This document shows, one piece after another, positions 14,419 to 25,693 of a stretch of DNA of 42,218 nt. The stretch comes from Octopus bimaculoides (lineage: Eukaryota). The stretch covers positions 54,368,704-54,410,921 of the forward strand of contig NC_068989.1 of assembly GCF_001194135.2 (NCBI RefSeq). The letters are read 5' to 3'. The notes beneath the pieces were generated by a model. It saw only the letters and a program-made list of their open reading frames with translations. It searched no databases and was not told the DNA's origin. How positions within the stretch are numbered: position 1 is the stretch's first letter; each line of letters opens with the position of its first letter. A program made the translations under genes and the position numbers.

Positions 14419-14895
14419 CTTCTCACCCCCCCCCTCACAAACATNNNNNNNNNNNNNNNNNNNNNNNNNNNNNNNNNCACAAACATTATTACACAGACTT
14501 GTGCCTAGACACATTAAATTGTTCAAAATAGACACAGTCACATATATACGTATGTAAGCACTCGGTCAGGCATGCTGGCCCATACTTACACTCAGTGTGT
14601 CCGCACATTCTAAACTTTCACTCAGCCCCACATATAACCACAAACACACGAACTTTCAAACTCATACACACACACAAACAAGAACATGCATGAACACATA
14701 CACACTGAAGTATACGCAAACAGACATATCTACATATGTATTTTCACAAGATATATAACAATGAACATATACTGACAAAGATGCAGAAACACAGACTTGA
14801 TTTCACAACATACACACATACAGAAACATGCACAAACATAACACGGACTTGTTCATCAATAGATGCAAATATACATATCCATTAATAAGCGCACA

Positions 14896-14946
<51 letters not shown>

Positions 14947-15727
14947 ACACTCTAAAATTGCACAACCAGACAGCATCCATAATCATTAATGTGCTCACAT
15001 AGATTCCATACCCACTACACACATATACTCACTTATTTAAACACACGCAAACACAACAAGCAAATCGTTAAAGGTAGTAGACACAATCACACATATATAT
15101 ATTTAAACATATATATATATATATATATACACAAATATATATATATATGTATATGTATGTATGGTTATATGTGTGTATACATATATATATATATATATAT
15201 ATATATGNNNNNNNNNNTGTGTGTATGTGTGTGAGTATGTATTATGTATACGAACACACACACCAAAGAACACATACACACTATTTCGAAACGTGCGTAA
15301 CCTTAACCATACACATATATTTACATATAGAGACAAAAACTTATTCACAAACACATTCACATACATATACATCCATACATCCATACACGATCCCTCTCAG
15401 ACACACACATACACACACACACTCACACACACACACAAATACATACAGACATAGAAATACACACACACACACACACATACACACATATACAGCTATGCAG
15501 AGAATATCTGACACAGTAGAATTCTCCATAAAACTGAACTAGTCTTATCAAGTGACATCTTTATGTCCAGAGAAGACGCTGTATTTTTCAGCCAGTTTAT
15601 TTCCTTCATAAACATGACCGATTGACCAAGCCGTCAATAATTCTTCGACCTTTCTTCTGTTCTACTCATTATAAGACATGTTTTGTCCTCCCTCACTACA
15701 CCACTTTACCCAAATACTTTTGCCTAG

Positions 15728-15832
15728 CCACCACCACCACCACCACCGTCACCACTACAACTAACGCCACCACCACCGCCATCACCACCTCCATCCAGCG
15801 TTACAATATATCGATACCAGCGCCACCACCAT
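15728..15832. repeat. Degenerate (ACC)n low-complexity tract
   Basis: Read directly. Confidence 0.8.
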
Positions 15833-15924
15833 CGTGCAAGTTTGGATTACCTTGTCAATGATCTATATATCTCACTCACTTACCTACTCATTCATTCACT
15901 ATCTTTCTGTTTTTCACACGCACA

Positions 15925-15956
<32 letters not shown>

Positions 15957-16055
15957 TACACATACATATGTATATTTGTGAGTGAGTGAGTATATATGTG
16001 TGTGTAATATATATATTATACTCGTGTGTGTTTATAAGCGTGTCATATGAATACG

Positions 16056-16092
<37 letters not shown>

Positions 16093-16116
16093 TAGACAGA
16101 CAGACATATATCAATA

Positions 16117-16316
16117 TTCTTTTCTACTCTAGGCACAAGGCCCGAAATTTTGGGAGAGGGAGGCGAGTCGATTAGATCGACCCCAGTACGCAACTGGTAC
16201 TTAATTTATCGACCCCAGAAGAATGAAAGGCAAAGTCGACCTCGGCGGAATTTGAACTCAGAACGTAACGGCAGACGAAATACCGCTAAGCATTTCGCCC
16301 GTCGTGCTAACGTTTC
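16117..16316 (-). mobile_element. Group A SINE, young, missing the first ~12 nt
   Basis: Close match to the group A consensus; 5' end stops at GAAACGTTAGCAC. Confidence 0.92.
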
Positions 16317-16407
16317 TTATTTCTTTATTGCCCACAAGGGGCTAAACATAGAGGGGACAAACAAGGACAGACAAAAGGATTAAGTCGATTACATCGACCC
16401 AGTGTGT
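16317..16407 (-). mobile_element. 3' part of group A' SINE (alternative tail), cut by the gap
   Basis: TATTTCTTTATTGCCCACAAGGGGCTAAACATAGAGGGGA is nearly identical to 28695-28740. Confidence 0.85.
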
Positions 16408-17020
16408 NNNNNNNNNNNNNNNNNNNNNNNNNNNNNNNNNNNNNNNNNNNNNNNNNNNNNNNNNNNNNNNNNNNNNNNNNNNNNNNNNNNNNNNNNNNNN
16501 NNNNNNNNNNNNNNNNNNNNNNNNNNNNNNNNNNNNNNNNNNNNNNNNNNNNNNNNNNNNNNNNNNNNNNNNNNNNNNNNNNNNNNNNNNNNNNNNNNNN
16601 NNNNNNNNNNNNNNNNNNNNNNNNNNNNNNNNNNNNNNNNNNNNNNNNNNNNNNNNNNNNNNNNNNNNNNNNNNNNNNNNNNNNNNNNNNNNNNNNNNNN
16701 NNNNNNNNNNNNNNNNNNNNNNNNNNNNNNNNNNNNNNNNNNNNNNNNNNNNNNNNNNNNNNNNNNNNNNNNNNNNNNNNNNNNNNNNNNNNNNNNNNNN
16801 NNNNNNNNNNNNNNNNNNNNNNNNNNNNNNNNNNNNNNNNNNNNNNNNNNNNNNNNNNNNNNNNNNNNNNNNNNNNNNNNNNNNNNNNNNNNNNNNNNNN
16901 NNNNNNNNNNNNNNNNNNNNNNNNNNNNNNNNNNNNNNNNNNNNNNNNNNNNNNNNNNNNNNNNNNNNNNNNNNNNNNNNNNNNNNNNNNNNNNNNNNNN
17001 NNNNNNNNNNNNNNNNNNNN

Positions 17021-17329
17021 TATTCGGAATGCCTTTATCTCCACTAAGTATAGATGTAGATGTGTTACCTAAGATTAATTTTCAGGATCTAATCAAAGAC
17101 TTTGCAATTCAAAAATGCAGGAGGTAACTTTTCAAATATAAATAAAGTGGGAGTATACAAAAATAAACATTATTTTCCCCCTCTCACTGTTTTGTTTCGT
17201 TTTGAAAAATAAAAACTTATTTTATGGTTTCTTATTGTTTATATTTTGAATTACATAATGTTTTATGTGGGCAGCAAAATTACTTAAGTGTTTAGGGCCT
17301 CGATGGGTCTTAATCCGGCTTTAGCCCTG
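17021..17329 (+). mobile_element. 3' end of a hAT DNA transposon: transposase C-terminus plus right terminus
   Basis: NA(fs)LSPLSIDVDVLPKINFQDLIKDFAIQKCRR* matches the hAT dimerisation-domain tail (LSIE.D...I.F.D.I.DFA..K.R). The minus strand at the end reads CAGGGC(TAAAGC)CGGATTAAGACCCATCGAGGCCCTAAACACTTAA, a typical hAT terminus. The upstream part falls in the N-gap. Confidence 0.7.
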
Positions 17330-17714
17330 AATTTGGAGAGAAGGTGACACATCGTTATGTGTCAACTGAAAGGACATCTCGGGGTATACCACAGATTCAT
17401 CCTCCACCCGTTTGATCTTGTTCCCTTTCGTCGGTACTTTCTCATAACCCATGGTTCTACTTTCAAATGCATACATACATACATACATACATACATTCAT
17501 ACATGCGTATGTACGTACATTCAAACGTATGCTCATTCAAACGTACATACACATACACGTACAAAAGCATATACATACATATACAGGGAGAGAGAACAAT
17601 GAGAGGGAGAGAAAGAAAGAGAGAGAGGAGAGGAGAGAGAGAGGGGAGAGGAGAGAGACAGAGAAGCAAACAGAAACACACAGAACACTTGATTCCTGTA
17701 TATCACTAGAACTT

Positions 17715-17828
17715 TACTAATTTGACTCTCGCTGGCTGAAAAGTGAAGTTGACTTTGGTGGGATTTGAACCTAAAATAAACAGCGCAAGATATTCTAGTC
17801 GACGTCCTGACTATCTTATCAATTCGCC
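17715..17828 (-). mobile_element. Decayed group A SINE fragment
   Basis: AAAGTGAAGTTGACTTTGGTGGGATTTGAAC matches the group A core and B-box. Confidence 0.6.
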
Positions 17829-17861
17829 CCTACCTCAGTATATTACTAGTACTTATTCAAT

Positions 17862-18060
17862 TCAGTAAGGAAGCCGCTATGAAGTCACCGCACCTGCTAA
17901 AAATAGTAGCCAAACCTTCCTCGAATCATAAAGTATCACCTTCGAAATATCAAAATAGGCACCTTCAATCATCTATCTGAGTTACACTGTCTTGTAGAAA
18001 TTGATGGTAAGGTCACGGCTGGATTGCATTTGGTTATAGATCTGCTGGGTCTAGAAAAGA
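17862..18060 (+). mobile_element. Unclassified interspersed repeat (group E)
   Basis: CACCTGCTAAAAATAGTAGCCAAAC and GGTCACGGCTGGA..TTTG..ATAG segments recur in reverse orientation at about 18340-18428, 32690-32760 and 33248-33305. Confidence 0.5.
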
Positions 18061-18260
18061 CAACATTTGTGACCGTTTGTACCGTGGAAAGTTGATATCA
18101 AGTTGCAAAGTGAGGTGGTGTCTGGGGAAGTTTAGCAACAAGAGAACAATTTTACGTCACTTTTATACTTCCGAACCATGGGCCTTTCCTAAGTTACTTT
18201 CATCCCAGAGGAGATAAAATAAAATATAAAATAAGCAGTAAAGTTTGTTGTTTAACATCC

Positions 18261-18294
18261 TATCAGACATAGAGTATCAGACATAGAGTATCAG
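18261..18294. repeat. 14-bp tandem duplication (TATCAGACATAGAG x2.4)
   Basis: Read directly. Confidence 0.9.
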
Positions 18295-18879
18295 CGAGTA
18301 CATTATCCAATATGACGGTTGCTTTTTTTTAAGAAAAAAAAACAAGATAATGGAAATTTGGGAGAGATTTGGTTTGTTTTTCTAGCAAGATGAACGACCT
18401 CAATAAAGGACCTCTTGCTGGCTTACCGTCTACAAAATGAGAAAAATGCATATATTTTTTGATCCTGTATATTTTATCAACCCTAGTGGCATAAAAAAAA
18501 AAACCAAGTCGGCCCCAGCGAGATTTGAACTTATAATATAGCGAAGTATATCACAAAGGCGTTTACTTATTTATCTATTTATTTATTTATTTCAGTATCT
18601 CGACCGTTTGCTCCGTTCCACTCACTGCTTCACCACTTGTAATTATATCGTATGCGTATTTATTATATTGAACATAGCGAAACACATGCTTTCACACGTA
18701 TGTCGAAGAATCGTAATCAGCCGCACAGTTCCGTTAGCAAATCCTCGTAGCCAAGGCAACATCTTTGTATGAAACATATCTGCATTTGATGCACAGTTGT
18801 AAATCATATCAGTGACCTATCGATTAATCGATCATGCAATATAGCCAGCAATGGCTCATCGGTATTTTAATAACAATAC

Positions 18880-18880
18880 C

Positions 18881-18923
<43 letters not shown>

Positions 18924-18938
18924 GTGATGATGATGATG

Positions 18939-18973
<35 letters not shown>

Positions 18974-18978
18974 CATAA
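18880..18978. repeat. (AAT)n-(GAT)n-(AAT)n in-phase compound microsatellite
   Basis: Read directly; source of the poly-I and poly-N ORFs. Confidence 0.95.
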
Positions 18979-20556
18979 TCGAATGGAACGCTTTAGACGC
19001 AATCCGCTGCTGTTTTCTTTTCTTGTCTTTCATCTTGTTGTACTTAACGAAAGACTTATCAAGCGACAAAGGCCTCTCCACTCAAACGAAGTCTAATTTT
19101 ATGGCGCAATTTATTCGTCAGTGTCAAGAACCCCAGAGTTTATCGGCGTCCGTCACTTCACTGAACAAAGCTTAAAAGCTTCCATCTGCCCAGAGCCATT
19201 AGTAAATTATTTCACGAGCGGAAATCTCGTATCTTCTCGCGAGATTGTAATGTTTCAGATTTTCCTTTCTTTTCTTTTTGTTTGTTACACTTTCTTTGTT
19301 TCTGTCTTTCTTTCGTTGTGTTTGTTTGTTTTATTTCTTTCGAGTTAGGTTAGTTTGTTTTGTTTTGTTTCGTTTTTGTTGTTTGTTTTTGTTTTTGTTT
19401 TTTTCTTCTTTTTTTTTCCTTGCATAATATTTACATCTTTTTCGCATGTTCTTGTTCTTGATAGTGTGATTGCTGACATTGTCTGCAGAAAAGCGAAAAA
19501 ACAACGCACTAAAAGTCCAGTGTAAATGCGACATATAACTTTGTTGCATATCTCCACGTTCTAAGTTCAATTTCCACCTTTGCGTTTCATCCATTCTAAA
19601 TCAAGCAAACGCAGGAGCATTCGGCCTTCTAATTATCCTAATATTGCTACTTAGAATTATTTTATCGACCCAGGATAAATGAATTGAAGGATTTAAACTT
19701 GTATATAGAAGAATGACACAAAATATTCTAACGCATTTAGTCTTGTACCCCATTCATAATTAATTTTTACCATATCTGCTACTTTATCAATGTGTCAATT
19801 TTAAAGATCCATTCTCAACTAATTACTCCATGTTTCTCCCAAAAAGTAATATAGCTTTAATTTATTAGATCTCAAGTCGTGACTTTATATCTAGCTAATG
19901 GCATATTGTTGTGTCTCTAGTCAAGATGCATAACTCTATTTTTACCATAATGACATACCAACTATATAGTAGAGTTACGATATATATTGGGTCTTTAACA
20001 ATAAATCTTTCAAAGTGATTTTATTTCAGACAATTCCGCAGTTCCATGCCTCCCAACAGTGTATATACATTTGGTATAAAACACAACTAACGAATTCATA
20101 AGTAGATTTCCCATTGTCTCATAAAGTTTTGAATGTTCGTAAATTCAGATGATTCGCTCAACATCACAATAGTCATAAGGAATTTTGATGCTACTTTAAA
20201 ATGGAGTCAACTGCAGTATCTGTACTCTACGCTTTAGGGTCTGGGTTAGGGTTAGGAACACTTTGAAATTACAGACGGAAAATTCAGAAGGCCAAGGTGC
20301 GTTAGTGCCTTCTCATGTCTGCACAAGAAATGTTCATGAACCTCTATAGTGAATCATATTTGTATAGTATTTTGGGTATGATAAACATAATTTTCTTATT
20401 TTCCTGTTATTTGGACATTTTTATTTACTTCCATCTACTAATAATCAACTTCTATCATTAACTTTTCAACAATAACTACGTCATTATAGATGGTTCGGGT
20501 TATCTAGTATATGATAAATATCGAGCTATTCCTCTGTCAATATTAATTGTTTTCGA

Positions 20557-20782
20557 GGTGGTGAGTTAGCTCAATAGTTAGCACTCTGGATCCAGATGCT
20601 TAGTGGCATTTCGTCATTCTTCACGTACTCGTACTGGGTTCAAATTCCACCGAGGCTGACTTTGACTTTCATCCTTTCATCCTATCAGGATCAATAAAAC
20701 AAGTACCAGTTGAGTACTGAGGTCGATGTAATGGACTTACGCCATCTCCCGAAATTGCTGGCTTTGTGACAAAATTTGAAAT
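20557..20782 (+). mobile_element. Group A SINE
   Basis: GGTGGTGAGTTAGC head, GGGTTCAAATTCC B-box, CTTTCATCCTTTC core, GGCTTTGTGACAAAATTTGAAA tail. Confidence 0.88.
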
Positions 20783-20809
20783 CAATATGAATTCTATTTT
20801 CACTACGTG

Positions 20810-21015
20810 TACATGTGTTTGCTTCCTTGTTTCTCCCCCATCATCGCTTGACAACCGGTGTTGGCGTGTTTGTATCCCCGTAACTTAGTAGTTCTGCTAA
20901 ACAGAACGATAGAATTAGTACCAGGCTTAAAGACAAACCCCAAAAAATCAGTATTAGTGGCGTTTCGTTCGACTAAAATTCTTCAAGCGATGCCCCACCA
21001 TGGCCACAATCTAAT
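20810..21015 (+). mobile_element. Group B SINE, 3' half (diverged)
   Basis: CATCGCTTGACAACCGGTGTTGG..CCCCGTAACTTAG..TTCGACTAAAA..CCATGGCCACAATC. Confidence 0.85.
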
Positions 21016-21084
21016 GACTTACAAACAAACTTTTACATGTGTGTGGGCGAGCGCATGGACATATATATACACACGGCACATACA

Positions 21085-21416
21085 TTCTTTTATTCTTTTA
21101 TTTGTTTCAGTTATTTGACTGCGGCCATGCTGGACCACCGCATGTAGTGGAGCAAATTGACCCCAGGACTTATTCTTTGTAAGCCTAGTACTTATTCTAT
21201 CGGTCTTTTGCCGAAGCGCTAAGTTACGAGGACGTGAACACACCAGCATTGGTTGTCTAGCGATGTTGGGGACAAACACAGACACATATACACACACACA
21301 CATACACACACACACATACACACACACACACATATATANNNNNNNNNNNNNNNNNNNNNNNNNNNNNNNNNNNNNNNNNNNNNNNNNNNNNNNNNNNNNN
21401 NNNNNNNNNNNNNNNN

Positions 21417-21454
<38 letters not shown>

Positions 21455-21609
21455 GACGAGCTTCTTTCAGTTTATGTCTCCCAAATGCACTCACAAGGCT
21501 TTGGTCGGCCCGAGGCTATAGTACAAGACACTTGCCCAAGGTACCACGCAGAGGGACTGAACCCGGAACCATGTAGTTAGTAAGCAAGCTACTTACCACA
21601 CAGCCACTC
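21085..21609 (-). mobile_element. Group B SINE, full length (internal microsatellite spans a gap)
   Basis: Tail, core and tRNA head (CTGAACCCGGAACC..CTTACCACACAGCCACTC) are all present. Confidence 0.92.
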
Positions 21610-21710
21610 ATGAATATTTATTATACAGGAAAGATATACACAATAATTCTAAAGAATTTGTGAGAAACATATACTGAGTACTATGTAGTAGATTATCCTG
21701 ATCATTTGCA

Positions 21711-21910
21711 CTATACGCACAAAGCCTGAAATTTTGGTGGGAGAGCTTAATCAATAACATCGACACCAATATTCAACTGGTATTTAATTCATCGAACCTG
21801 AAAGCTGAAAATCAATATCGCCCTCGGCGGAATTTTAACTCAGAATGGAAGCCTTAAATAATCCTGGTAAGCATTGTGTCCGCTGTGCTAGCGAATTTGC
21901 CAACTTGCCG
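21711..21910 (-). mobile_element. Group A SINE (diverged)
   Basis: GCACAAAGCCTGAAATTTTGG tail, CCTCGGCGGAATTTTAACTCAGAA B-box, GCTAGCGAATTTGCCAACTTGCC head. Confidence 0.85.
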
Positions 21911-22116
21911 CATTACTATAAAGTAACATAGTGATATTTATTCTAAGCTAAAAATTATGAGCCCTAATTTGCCAATCCTTAAACAAATGTATATATATAT
22001 ATATTAGGATATGGGTCTGGGAGGAAGACTGTTAGAATAGACACGTTTAGCAGAGAAAGAGAGGAGAGTATGTGGCATAGGGATATATGGATATAATCGG
22101 TGGAATTAGAGTGGGG

Positions 22117-22163
<47 letters not shown>

Positions 22164-22302
22164 TTGTGTGTGTGTGTATACATGCATATATATATGTATA
22201 CATATATATATATAATTATATATTCATAGATAGATAGATACATACATACATACGTACCTACGTACATACATACATACTTACGTACATATATACATACATA
22301 TA

Positions 22303-22384
22303 CGAGGGTGTCGAGGGTGTCCTGGAAAGTTTCTGGCTTTAAGGGTGTTGCGAAAAGCATGGCTGGAGGCCCAAACTTCCGAGT
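22303..22384 (+). mobile_element. 5' fragment of the mariner MITE family seen at 13579
   Basis: TA-CGAGGG..GAAAGTTTCTGGCTTTAAGGGT..GGCTGGAGGCCCAAACTTCCGAG aligns to 13579-13655; carries a 9-bp GAGGGTGTC duplication. Confidence 0.75.
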
Positions 22385-22689
22385 GTATATATATTACATA
22401 TATATATATATATATTGAAGGTTATAAATTGAATATTAATTTAATTAACATCAATTTAAAACCAAGTGGCCTAGCATATAAAAGAATCTGAAAATTCAGA
22501 AAAATTGTATTACATGCGTAATACAATTTTGCTGAATTTCTTTTCTGGAGAACATTATTTTTCTCTGTGGTTGGTTCGTTGATGACATCTTTCTAGCATA
22601 TTGGATGTCCACTTAGTTGGCCATCCCTTCTTAAACGCATATATATATATATATATAAACAAATAATAAATGAGTATATGCATATATAC

Positions 22690-22900
22690 GTACAGGTATG
22701 TGCATACCTACGTCTACCTGTATATATAGGTGCATATCTGGGTACAGGACATTGCAAACAAAACGTAGACAAAAAAAATAATAATAACCAGAGTACAGAA
22801 CACACACAGGCCACATAGAGAACATTTTCCTTCATCAGCTACCCCCATTCTAACACAGGCGTTTCGAAGAGTAGGGCAGGACGTATCGTTAAAATGGCTC
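22690..22900 (-). mobile_element. Penelope-like terminal fragment carrying GAAAC and CTGATGA half-motifs
   Basis: Minus strand CTTCGAAACGCCTGTGTTAGAATGGGGGTAGCTGATGAAGGAAAA, then a pyrimidine-rich tail into a microsatellite. Confidence 0.4.
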
Positions 22901-22911
22901 ATATATATATA

Positions 22912-23714
22912 TGGTGCGGTGAATAAACTGTCGCCTAAATTACGCAAAAATGAAAATAACACTGACACTGACAATATCATATATATACCAAAATTACATG
23001 AAAATATCTTGAAATACTAAAGAGTAAATTTAATCAATAAAATCACCATTGGCTTCAACTACGGCCTCGAGACGACTTTGTAATCTCGCTCAACTCTCGC
23101 TCAACTGCGCCCCTCACGTGATAATCAAGGGGGCTGCAGTCTGGGGAGTTAGGTGGCCAGACGTTAGGGGTGATGTGGTCGCAGAAATTGTCTGACAGCA
23201 ATGACTGTGTTCTGTTTGTGTGGCATGGTGCAGAGTCCTGTTGCTAAACATAAGGTCTTCCAGCAGCCAACCTCTTGACCCAGGGTAGCACTACCTCCTC
23301 CAGGGACTTGACGTAGGCCTCCATGTTGAGTGTGAGGCCGTGTGGGAATATGACTGGAGGCACAATGTCGCCATCACTAGTGCTCACTCCTAACACCAAG
23401 ATATTGACTGGATATTTGATTGTTATCACTCTCGGTACATGTCCTCAGATTGCACTGTCCACAGCTTGACACCCGAACACTCTGAAAGGTTCGTATTTGA
23501 GCTGTCCGGCGCAGTACAGAATTGTCGCAGTACAGCATGTCGCAGTACAGCATGTCGCTTCCAAATTTCTGGCGGACTGAATTGCGTCATGGTGCTGTTT
23601 TTCTCATAGACGGTGCCCAGCTGACCCTACTATACTGTGTAGTCGACAAAATCAAAAACAAACACTGCGTATGCATGAAATCAAAAATAAAATATTTTTC
23701 CATCGCATCTTCTG
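22912..23714 (-). mobile_element. Internally deleted DD37D (maT-type) transposon, copy 2
   Basis: Co-linear with 1139-2026. Encodes KYPVNILVLGVSTSDGD..RPYV, DSAPCHTNRTQSLLSDNFCDHITPNVWPPNSPDCSPLD. TIR TA-TGGTGCGGTGAATAAACTGTCGCC; the right TIR is degenerate. Internal 15-bp tandem repeat at about 23507-23554. Confidence 0.9.
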
Positions 23715-24761
23715 TGTGTGGGTGTGTGCGTGTGTATGTATGTATATATATATATATNNNNNNNNNNNNNNNNNNNNNNNNNNNNNNNNNNNNNNNNNNN
23801 NNNNNNNNNNNNNNNNNNNNNNNNNNNNNNNNNNNNNNNNNNNNNNNNNNNNNNNNNNNNNNNNNNNNNNNNNNNNNNNNNNNNNNNNNNNNNNNNNNNN
23901 NNNNNNNNNNNNNNNNNNNNNNNNNNNNNNNNNNNNNNNNNNNNNNNNNNNNNNNNNNNNNNNNNNNNNNNNNNNNNNNNNNNNNNNNNNNNNNNNNNNN
24001 NNNNNNNNNNNNNNNNNNNNNNNNNNNNNNNNNNNNNNNNNNNNNNNNNNNNNNNNNNNNNNNNNNNNNNNNNNNNNNNNNNNNNNNNNNNNNNNNNNNN
24101 NNNNNNNNNNNNNNNNNNNNNNNNNNNNNNNNNNNNNNNNNNNNNNNNNNNNNNNNNNNNNNNNNNNNNNNNNNNNNNNNNNNNNNNNNNNNNNNNNNNN
24201 NNNNNNNNNNNNNNNNNNNNNNNNNNNNNNNNNNNNNNNNNNNNNNNNNNNNNNNNNNNNNNNNNNNNNNNNNNNNNNNNNNNNNNNNNNNNNNNNNNNN
24301 NNNNNNNNNNNNNNNNNNNNNNNNNNNNNNNNNNNNNNNNNNNNNNNNNNNNNNNNNNNNNNNNNNNNNNNNNNNNNNNNNNNNNNNNNNNNNNNNNNNN
24401 NNNNNNNNNNNNNNNNNNNNNNNNNNNNNNNNNNNNNNNNNNNNNNNNNNNNNNNNNNNNNNNNNNNNNNNNNNNNNNNNNNNNNNNNNNNNNNNNNNNN
24501 NNNNNNNNNNNNNNNNNNNNNNNNNNNNNNNNNNNNNNNNNNNNNNNNNNNNNNNNNNNNNNNNNNNNNNNNNNNNNNNNNNNNNNNNNNNNNNNNNNNN
24601 NNNNNNNNNNNNNNNNNNNNNNNNNNNNNNNNNNNNNNNNNNNNNNNNNNNNNNNNNNNTTGCTACATTGGTTTCTATTAACCCATTTATTCTATCCGAA
24701 GAATTTTTATTCATTAAGATAGAAGAAATACATATAATTAAATATATATATATATATATAT

Positions 24762-24925
24762 ATGGGAGAATATACAAATAATAACAACAGACGAGGACAG
24801 GTGGTGTAAATAACAAAAGTATATATTAGTATGACGCTCGGGAATACGGAAAGTCTTTGACGTTTCGAGCTACGCTCTTCAACAGAAAGAATACGGAGAC
24901 AAGGAGAAAAACACGGAGACACACA
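24762..24925 (-). mobile_element. Penelope-like terminal fragment with hammerhead-like core (family shared with 5230-5408)
   Basis: Minus strand TTTCTGTTGAAGAGCGTAGCTCGAAACGTCAAAGAC..CACCACCTGTCCTCGTC..TATTCTCCC then (TA)n. Confidence 0.55.
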
Positions 24926-25325
24926 CTCAAGTGGAAGGAGATGACGACGACAAAGATATCAGTGAAGGCTGAATCAACTGCAGTATATGACTGGTACTTT
25001 CTCTTATCAATCTGTAAGTATAAAAGGTAGATTGAACGGAAGCCTGATCTGAACTAATCATGGTAATAATTGTTTTGAGTTAAAAAGCGTATGGCCGAAA
25101 AATTTTAAGTGTTAATTCTATGTTGGCGACATTTAATATCTAATATATGCATGTCTAAGTTAAAATCATTCTTCGAGATGGAAATGGTCGGTTTAAAGGA
25201 GTTCCAATATATGACTAGCATACTTTACTTAAATTTTATCGAGTTTGGGAGGACGAAAATGGCGAAATTGATGATGTGAAAATGATGATTAAAAGGTGAA
25301 CAAAAAAGGAGTGGGATGAAAGAAA

Positions 25326-25530
25326 AAGAAGAAGAAGAAGAAGAAGAAGAAGAAGAAGAACAACAACAACAACAACAACAACAACGAGGAGGAGGAGGAG
25401 GAGGAGGAGGAAGAGGAGAAGAAGAAGAAGAAGAAGAAGAAGAAGAAGAAGAAGAAGAAGAAGAAGAAGAAGAAGAAGAAGAAGAATAGTAATAATAATA
25501 GTAATAGTAATAGTAATAGTAATAATAATT
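25326..25530. repeat. Compound trinucleotide array (AAG)(AAC)(GAG)(AAG)(TAG/TAA)
   Basis: Read directly. Confidence 0.95.
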
Positions 25531-25683
25531 GGGCCCCCACCTGCAAGGCCATGTGGTTGCGCACGCAGTGTTGTGATGCACGTGACTGATGTACCCTTAT
25601 CAGACGGGTAGTCATGGTGGGTATACTGGGCTTCGTATATTTTACCCCAGTTTCACTTTGATGGCATACACTGCTCTCTCACT
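25531..25683 (+). mobile_element. Short non-repetitive insert between (AAT)n tracts, possible truncated retroelement 3' end
   Basis: Higher-GC 153 bp block flanked on both sides by (AAT)n. Family assignment is inference only. Confidence 0.35.
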
Positions 25684-25693
25684 AAATTATAAC

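Noticed and set aside
15622-15861. Thr-rich 79-aa ORF resembling a mucin
   Set aside because: It derives from a degenerate (ACC)n repeat and has a TTG start with no signal peptide or splice context.
17321-17536. Minus-strand ORF ..MGYEKVPTKGNKIKRVEDESVVYPEMSF..
   Set aside because: It starts in a microsatellite, has no recognisable homology, and I see no convincing splice sites.
23507-23554. 15-bp direct repeats (GTCGCAGTACAGCAT) as a CRISPR-like array
   Set aside because: Contiguous tandem copies without spacers, inside a transposon; simple local duplication. No CRISPR array or cas gene anywhere in the window.
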